A DNA stretch of 63,594 nt, counting the filler, from Sanchytrium tribonematis (lineage: Eukaryota): the NCBI GenBank assembly GCA_018985235.1. It is 8 parts of 8 records of this genome, joined end to end, with 100 filler letters (N's around TTAATTAATTAA, not from the genome) between each part and the next. Parts side by side here need not be neighbours in the genome. Positions count along the whole stretch, not along the records: positions 55,810 to 63,594 come from JADGIG010000417.1; 7 more parts are not named here. One strand, given 5' to 3'. Position 1 is the first letter of the stretch; each line of letters begins with the position of its first letter. The notes beneath the pieces were generated by a model, which did not search any database, was not told where the DNA came from, and was given only the letters and a program-made list of their open reading frames with translations. Of this stretch, positions 57,397-63,594 are shown in pieces. A program made the position numbers and the translations under genes.

Positions 57397-57645
57397 ATGT
57401 CTCTTCCTGCAGAAATGATAGATTACATTTGCAAATTCTCGTCATTTAACGCAGCAACAGCTCTCTGCAGATTTAAAGTTGCCCGCAAATTTATTAATCA
57501 ACGACCTTTTGAATTTAACATTCAGGTCCTTGAGCAAAATCAAAAATTTGAATACGTTTTGTATACAGAAACTAACTTTGTTGTAGACAAATATCAACTA
57601 GATGAATCCCATCAACACTTTCTCTCAAAAAATAGATACCTTTAG
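57397..57645 (+). CDS. Short F-box-like ORF, possibly truncated
   Basis: MSLPAEMIDYICKF. Confidence 0.45.
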   Translation: MSLPAEMIDYICKFSSFNAATALCRFKVARKFINQRPFEFNIQVLEQNQKFEYVLYTETNFVVDKYQLDESHQHFLSKNRYL

Positions 57646-57748
57646 CCAAGGTTTTCGTTTCAGAGAAGAATGGAAAGATGGTCGGATTATACTTTTGGAA
57701 ATTGTTGATGAGAGTGAGTACGATTAAATATTTATTTTATATGGTACA

Positions 57749-59500
57749 CTAATAAGATCTACCAAATAATCCCCAGATTGTAGCTTTTTGTCCACATCCG
57801 ACACAAATTTTTAAATCTTCATTTGGCTGATCCTCGGGCATACATAATGATTTCATTCCCATACTTACGGGCATTACAACATCATCCTCGTCTACCTTAT
57901 TTTCATCCAACTCAATGTTTTGGAGACTATCAGAGACGTCTTCTACAGAAGCACCTTTCTTTTTTTGCTTCTTTGCAGCGCGCTTCGCCATTTTCTCTTT
58001 AAATTTTTGTAATTGTGCTTCCCCATGCTCTGCTGTTCGTTTTTTCATATCTAACTCGCATTTGCTGTCTTGACACCAAGGCAATGTCATGATACAGCCA
58101 TCATCTAATGCTTTCAGTACGTCCTTCCATTGAGTGACATGTCGAAGATGTGAGTTTCTCTTTTCCAAAGCCATTTGAAATAAACATCTATGTGCATAGT
58201 CAAGGTAATTAACTGTATCTTGAAGTAGAGTGTCAAAATTTAAAGATATGGTCTTTTTCTCTCGATTGCATCTTATAACAATAGTTGCAGAGTTTGAGTC
58301 AAGATCACGTGGACCAATCTCAATTCGAATAGGGCAACCCTAAATGAAAAATAAATACCACTAGTTCCCAGTGATTAAACTTGAAGCCAGCTGTAACATG
58401 TTCGCGATCATCCAAAACAACTCTTAATTTGCGGGTCTTTAGAGCCAGCATTCCAGAGTCCTTCTCATTAGGATACAATGACTGAGTCAACCGAGAGCCT
58501 TTAGAAATTTATAAACTTCGCTGCAGGTATTCTTAATTTTTTCAGAAACCTCAGGTGGTGTATTTTTCGATAAACCACAAGGAACTATAACAATCTGCGT
58601 GGGGGCTATCCAAGGCGCCCAATTACATCCATTATTATCCCCATGGACCATTAGAGCTACTCCAATAGTTCTAGTTGTTAAACCCCAGGAATTTTGCCAA
58701 ACTAGATTCTTGTTTCCATCAATATCTTCAAATTGAATATTAAACATCCTTGCAAATGATTGACCCAAACAATGGGAAGTCGCGCCCTGTACGCCTCGTC
58801 CGGAATCTGGAATGAAGGCCTCTACGGTTGTTGTATATAAAGCACCAGCGAATTTTTCCTCTTCGCTTTTTTTGCCTTTAATGACGGGAACACCAAGTAC
58901 GTCTTGGTATATTCTAGCATACCAATCCAAAACCATGTACACTTCTTTTTCTGCTTCTTGTTTCGAAGCATGTGCGGTATGTCCTTCCTGCCAGAGAAAT
59001 TCTCTAGTTCGAATAAAAGGCTGTGGATGCTTAAATTCCCATCTCACAACATTACACCATTGATTTAGCTTAAGTGGAAGATCTCTATGGGAATTAATCC
59101 ATTTACAATAATATGGATACATGACTGATTCACTAGTTGGTCGTATGGCAATCATGTCCATTAAATCCACTTTCTCTGCATTTTTTGGATCGATCATATT
59201 GTTGATCTTATTTGGTGGGACTACACAAGCAACTTCAGCCTTAAACCCTTCTAAATGTTCTTGTTCTTTCGCCAGATGCTTAAAATTTACAAACATTGGA
59301 AAATAGCATAAATCAATGTCATTGTCTTCAAGATGAGCATTAAAATAGGTTTGAATTGAGTGCCAAATGTTAAACGCGTTTGGTTGAATAATGTAGCACC
59401 CGCTCACATCATAATATTCAATTAATTTAGCCTGTACAAGTACCTGTGAGTACCATTTTGATAGATCTTCGTTTTTCTTTGGAAGGGCGTCAAAAACCAT
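57749..59500 (-). CDS. Cytosolic prolyl-tRNA synthetase; exons 59500-58517, 58481-58359, 58339-57749
   Basis: IRPTSE, QWCNVVRWE, RTREFLWQEGHTAH, QNSWGLTTR, FNHWELV|GCPIRIEIGPRD, C-terminal FGRSY. Confidence 0.95.
58340..58358 (-). other. 19-nt intron GTATTTATTTTTCATTTAG
   Basis: Removal restores FNHWELVGCPIRIE. Confidence 0.96.
58482..58516 (-). other. Probable 35-nt intron GTTTATAAATTTCTAAAGGCTCTCGGTTGACTCAG
   Basis: Only GT-AG excision I found that restores frame and obeys the T-8/A-6 rule. Confidence 0.55.
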
Positions 59501-59518
59501 TTTGCAACAAAAAATAAT

Positions 59519-59971
59519 TTATTCTAAAAAGTGTGGATCAGAATTTAATTTTCCCTGTACATTGGAAATCCAATTTTGGAATACACTAAGCGGAATGAAA
59601 TCGGTTGCTGCGAAGGATAAGACATAATTCTGAAGATGATCTAATAATTTTTTCGCGATATGTGCTGTTAAAGACAAGCTTGTGTTTGTTTGAACTTCTA
59701 TTTGAGGAGGAATGCCAATTTCCAATTGTATTCCTATTTCTTTTATAACTAAACCTTTAACTCTAAAGAAAGCGCTAAGTTTTTGAGGTGTTAAAATGCC
59801 AAGTTGTTCCCAAGTCTCTATTAATACAAAAACTCTAGCAAAATGATTTTCTGGTATTTCTTGAGCAAAAACACAGAAGGAATTACTTTTTGGCAATAAG
59901 GATCTAAAATTTACTTCGCTGGTCTGCTCGAACGCAACTGGTGGATATGTTGGACAAACAATGAAAAACAT
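59519..59971 (-). CDS. OPI10: Hikeshi/Opi10
   Basis: WEQLG.LT.QKLSAFF, IGIQLE, NYVLSFA, IPLSVFQNW...DPHFL. Confidence 0.8.
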   Translation of the reverse strand: MFFIVCPTYPPVAFEQTSEVNFRSLLPKSNSFCVFAQEIPENHFARVFVLIETWEQLGILTPQKLSAFFRVKGLVIKEIGIQLEIGIPPQIEVQTNTSLSLTAHIAKKLLDHLQNYVLSFAATDFIPLSVFQNWISNVQGKLNSDPHFLE

Positions 59972-59996
59972 AGAGTTGGCTCCGTGTAAAAAACAA

Positions 59997-62289
59997 TTAG
60001 GATCGTTTACTTAACGTAAAACCAGAAAATATTTTATAAGCATCGAAACCTGTTGGTTTCTCAGGCTCGTCCTCATTTTCCGATAAAGGATCCTATATTA
60101 ATTTAGTTTACGTTCAAAAAATTATCATCAGTCTTTTGATTAAGATTTATCCTATTGGATTTGTTTGATTTTGTGGATATGCTCTTGACATCAATCATTT
60201 CCGAAGATATCATCTCATTGTATTCCTGGAACTTTGGCTTTTTACGCTCTCTTTTAGGCCTAGCTGCAGAATCATCAAGTCTCTTTTTTGGAGATGTCTT
60301 GGTAGCAATTACACGTCTCTTGTTATTCTTAAGGGGCTTTTTAATGCTAACCGCGGAGTCCTGATCATTTTCGTCAGAAACGCGAGAAACTGGTTTGTGT
60401 ATCTTTGGTCCTGCAGCAGAGATCGAACTTTTCTTCTCCAAAAGCATCAATCTGTCACTCAGATCATCGTTATGCCTCTTTAAAATTTGTTTTTGAGACT
60501 CCGCATCTTGCAATTTGACAGTCAAATAATCAACTTGATCCTGAAGAACGTCAAAGCCAGTTTCTTGACCTTGATTTTGCTTTTCAAATTTTTTGACGGT
60601 CATTTTCAATTTGTGCTGCAGTTCTTCTATTTTCTTTCCGCTTTCATATTTTTCTTCCTCCAACTCATTTTTAACTTTCTTTATATTTTCCAATTCGTTT
60701 CTGTATTTCTCTACAAGTTGACGATTTCTCTTGACTTGGGTACTATTACTATCCTCGATTGTGTCTCGGTCTTCTTTCTCTAAACGTAGCTCATTTCTTA
60801 CATTTTCAATTTCTAATTCCAAATTTTTTTTCTGTTTCTTTAATTTTGAAATTTCAGTCTCATAAATTCGCATTGAGTTAGAAATAGTCTGAGTAGTGTG
60901 TTTCTCTGTATCTAAATCTCCCATAATTTGCTCCAGTTTTTCAAGCAACTCTTCGTTATCCTTTATCAATCGATTTCTGTCATTCTGGACTTCATTCATA
61001 TCTTTCAGTGCTTCCGCATATTTCACTTTTTCAATTTCATAAGAACGAGTGAGTCTTACAAGTTGATCTATCTTGTTAGAAATTTCTTGCGTTTCTCCTA
61101 TAACATTTTGCCGTTGGCTACTTTTCAACGCAGTTATGTTTTTATCCATTTCGGTCAAGACTTTTCTCAAATATATGTTTTGTTCTTCCACTTTTTGACC
61201 CAGACCAGACAATTCATCTTTTCCATTAGCAACATCCATTATCCCATCTAGAGAAGAATCCAAAATAGATTTTAACTGATTTCCTTGGTTGATCATTAGT
61301 TTTTTCACATCATTCCAATTTTTGTGATCGTCCATTCTTTGCTCTTCCCTGTCGTCTTCCATATTGTGGGTTAGTTTGACAATTTGTTTAGAAACTAAAT
61401 TTGTAGTCGAGGATATTTTTGTTAGCATTTTGTTTCGCTCATTAAGATCAGAAATCTCTGCATTTCTCAAATTTAATAATTCTTCCAAAGCATTGACTCT
61501 TTCCTCGCGATGGTTGATTAAATCTTTTATAAAATTCATAGCAGTACCCATAATATCCTTCATAAAGACTCGTTGCTCGATCAAATCCATACGAGCTTTA
61601 CATTTCATAACCTGGTGCTTAGCTTCTGAGTATTGAGCCGCTTGTAACTGTTTAGTATAATTGGAAACCTTTTGCTCCATGATCGTATCATTTAAGATAT
61701 CAACCATGCATTCTGTTTCTTTTGTAATTCTTTCCACCTGACATTCAAAATCCTTACCTTGTGTATTAAATTGGCATCCGAAATTTTGACCGATGCGTAT
61801 AGCAGGAAAATCAGCATGGAAATTGCCCTGGTTAGATAACAATTGATTTTTAATTAGTGGAATATCAGGAGTTTCTTTAGAAAGCATAAAGCAAGCGCAT
61901 TGTACGCTACTTAAATAAATATCAAAAATTTCTGTTAGTAATATTTTAGGTAGGGATATAGAGTAAGAAGTTAAACGATTGATGCCATACCAAAGAATTA
62001 GACTGGAATCGTTTTCGGGTAATAGCTCCAATTTGAAAGGAGACGGTTCTCTGTTAAACCCATCAGGTACATACAGAATTACGCTGTATTCATTTTCCGT
62101 ATGCAATATGTAAACGCATGGATCTTGATACTCCAACTTGTCCACTGCAGCGAACTTACTTTTCCAGTCGCCCTGGCTATTAAGGTCAAACCTTGCTGCC
62201 ACTTTATAATTTAATTGGATGGGAATATCGCAAATAATTAATCTGCTTTTGTACTGTTGTAACTCGGGAAGAGAAGATAAAACTTTCAT
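59997..62289 (-). CDS. Long coiled-coil protein with globular N-terminus and basic tail; exons 62289-60112, 60092-59997
   Basis: Extended heptad region; 19-nt intron adds DPLSENEDEPEKPTGFDAYKIFSGFTLSKRS*. Confidence 0.7.
60093..60111 (-). other. 19-nt intron GTAAACTAAATTAATATAG
   Basis: Fits the size and T-8/A-6 rule; opens a 31-codon exon that fills the gap. Confidence 0.83.
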
Positions 62290-62336
62290 CTTAAATCGAA
62301 ACCAAGTTTCAAAAATTCAAAATTTTTTTAAATTTA

Positions 62337-63594
62337 TTAATTAGGACTTTTAGCCGATTCATTATCGCTACTATCTACCCATGAAACATTAGCTGTAAGT
62401 GATAACTTTTTTCCTCTTTTTGGAAACTTTGGCATAGCAGGGAGTGATTCATCTTCTCTAACATATTTTTGTCGTATGAAAATAACATCTTTTTCCGTTA
62501 TATTTAAGTTTCTTTTTGCATAATATAGCATACTTTCAATGGCTGCGTTACTGTCTTTAAGCTGCCTAGGGTATTTCTGTATAAATTCATTTAGTTTGTA
62601 CGAAGGCAAATTTTTAATTTCAGAATTTGCATTGACGAAAATTGTCAAGAACATTCTGTAAAATATGTGAATACCCTCATAAAACAAACAGTCCCAAAAT
62701 CTGCAAAGAGTTGGCGGTGGCAGCACATTAACAAAAAGCGTCATCAAGAAATTAGCAGCAAGAGATTCCAAATGTATATGGTTATCGATTTTCTTCATTA
62801 TATTTGGAGTCTTGTTTAGGAGGAAAAAATTCAATACTTTCGCTTCTAGTATAACGCCCCGAAGTCCAGGAGAATATATAAATGGCGGGAGAAAATCAAA
62901 AACAATACTACAAAGAGTCCAGAATGCATCTTCTTCGCTCATATGCAACAGCAGCATCCCCACGATATAATTGAGTGATTGGCAATATCCAATTGAAGGC
63001 GCATACACGGCAAAAGCCAATAATACTCTCCTGAGACTTGCTATCATATTCCCTGATAATCGATTTGCATTTAATTTTAAATTCTCAAAAGAAAAGCTTC
63101 TTGGTAGAGTTCCAGATTTTTCCTCGGCAGTTTCAAAAACTTCCTCTGCATCTTGTATGCTCATATCACAAAGTGATCTTTCAGACAAAGAATTTTGTCT
63201 CGATAAATGAGGTGAAAAGGGTGTATTTTTAAAATATTGATTTTCGGGAAAAGTTCGAAGCAAATCTCGTTCTATCAAATCTACTATTTTGATAAATTTG
63301 AGTATTCTTTTTCTATCTTTCTCGCTAAAATTTACAGTTGAAGGTTGTGGCCACCTAGTGCAATCGCCAACATCAAAAAATATATTCTCATATGCTTTCG
63401 GTATTTGCAAATTCTGGTTGATTTCTTTAAAATAGTTAAGCGTTGAGTGAAATTGAAATAAGAGCATGTCATACAGATTCTCATTCACGGCCTTTCGATG
63501 TTTTGCGCCAGTAAAATGCATCCACATAGGACCTCTCAGATCAGAAGGAATTCCGTTTCTTGCCATTTTTTTTATAGTTTTGTCACCTTTTTTT
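62337..63594 (-). CDS. TBC-domain Rab-GAP, probably 5'-partial
   Basis: GIPSDLRGPMW, IERDLLRTFP, GYCQSLNYI, EEDAFW, RFWDCLFYEG. Confidence 0.92.
   Translation of the reverse strand, partial: KKGDKTIKKMARNGIPSDLRGPMWMHFTGAKHRKAVNENLYDMLLFQFHSTLNYFKEINQNLQIPKAYENIFFDVGDCTRWPQPSTVNFSEKDRKRILKFIKIVDLIERDLLRTFPENQYFKNTPFSPHLSRQNSLSERSLCDMSIQDAEEVFETAEEKSGTLPRSFSFENLKLNANRLSGNMIASLRRVLLAFAVYAPSIGYCQSLNYIVGMLLLHMSEEDAFWTLCSIVFDFLPPFIYSPGLRGVILEAKVLNFFLLNKTPNIMKKIDNHIHLESLAANFLMTLFVNVLPPPTLCRFWDCLFYEGIHIFYRMFLTIFVNANSEIKNLPSYKLNEFIQKYPRQLKDSNAAIESMLYYAKRNLNITEKDVIFIRQKYVREDESLPAMPKFPKRGKKLSLTANVSWVDSSDNESAKSPN

Noticed and set aside
58497..58516. Programmed -1 frameshift at AAATTTC, or an 18-nt intron alone, in ProRS
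   Set aside because: Heptamer is in the wrong codon phase; the 18-nt excision leaves the stop in frame and lacks A-6

Overview
Eukaryotic, not prokaryotic. The window is eight unrelated ~7.8-7.9 kb contigs in descending length order, joined by artificial 100-nt N/TTAATTAATTAA/N linkers. They come from an AT-rich, extremely compact fungal-type genome using the standard code; an early-diverging, possibly sanchytrid-like lineage is my inference. About 50 housekeeping and accessory genes are present. Main observations: (1) twelve 19-20 nt GT-AG introns (11x19, 1x20), all with A at -6 and T at -8 from the 3' end. (2) A tandem array of surface LRR genes (contig 24050-31941) sharing a promoter module. 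One copy carries two non-LTR retro-insertions: a 2.2 kb endonuclease-less RT-CCHC element with a perfect 14-bp TSD, fused in frame to the LRR gene's promoter and ATG, and an antisense poly(A)-tailed RNase H fragment with a 4-bp TSD. Another LRR gene appears cut by a LINE ORF1-like sequence. (3) Histone H3 with a 2-aa insertion between K27 and K36. (4) A C-rich motif just upstream of start codons, and 22-36 bp divergent intergenic spacers. (5) Candidate secreted KRK/RVxF effector paralogues. All calls are by eye; no database searches were run.
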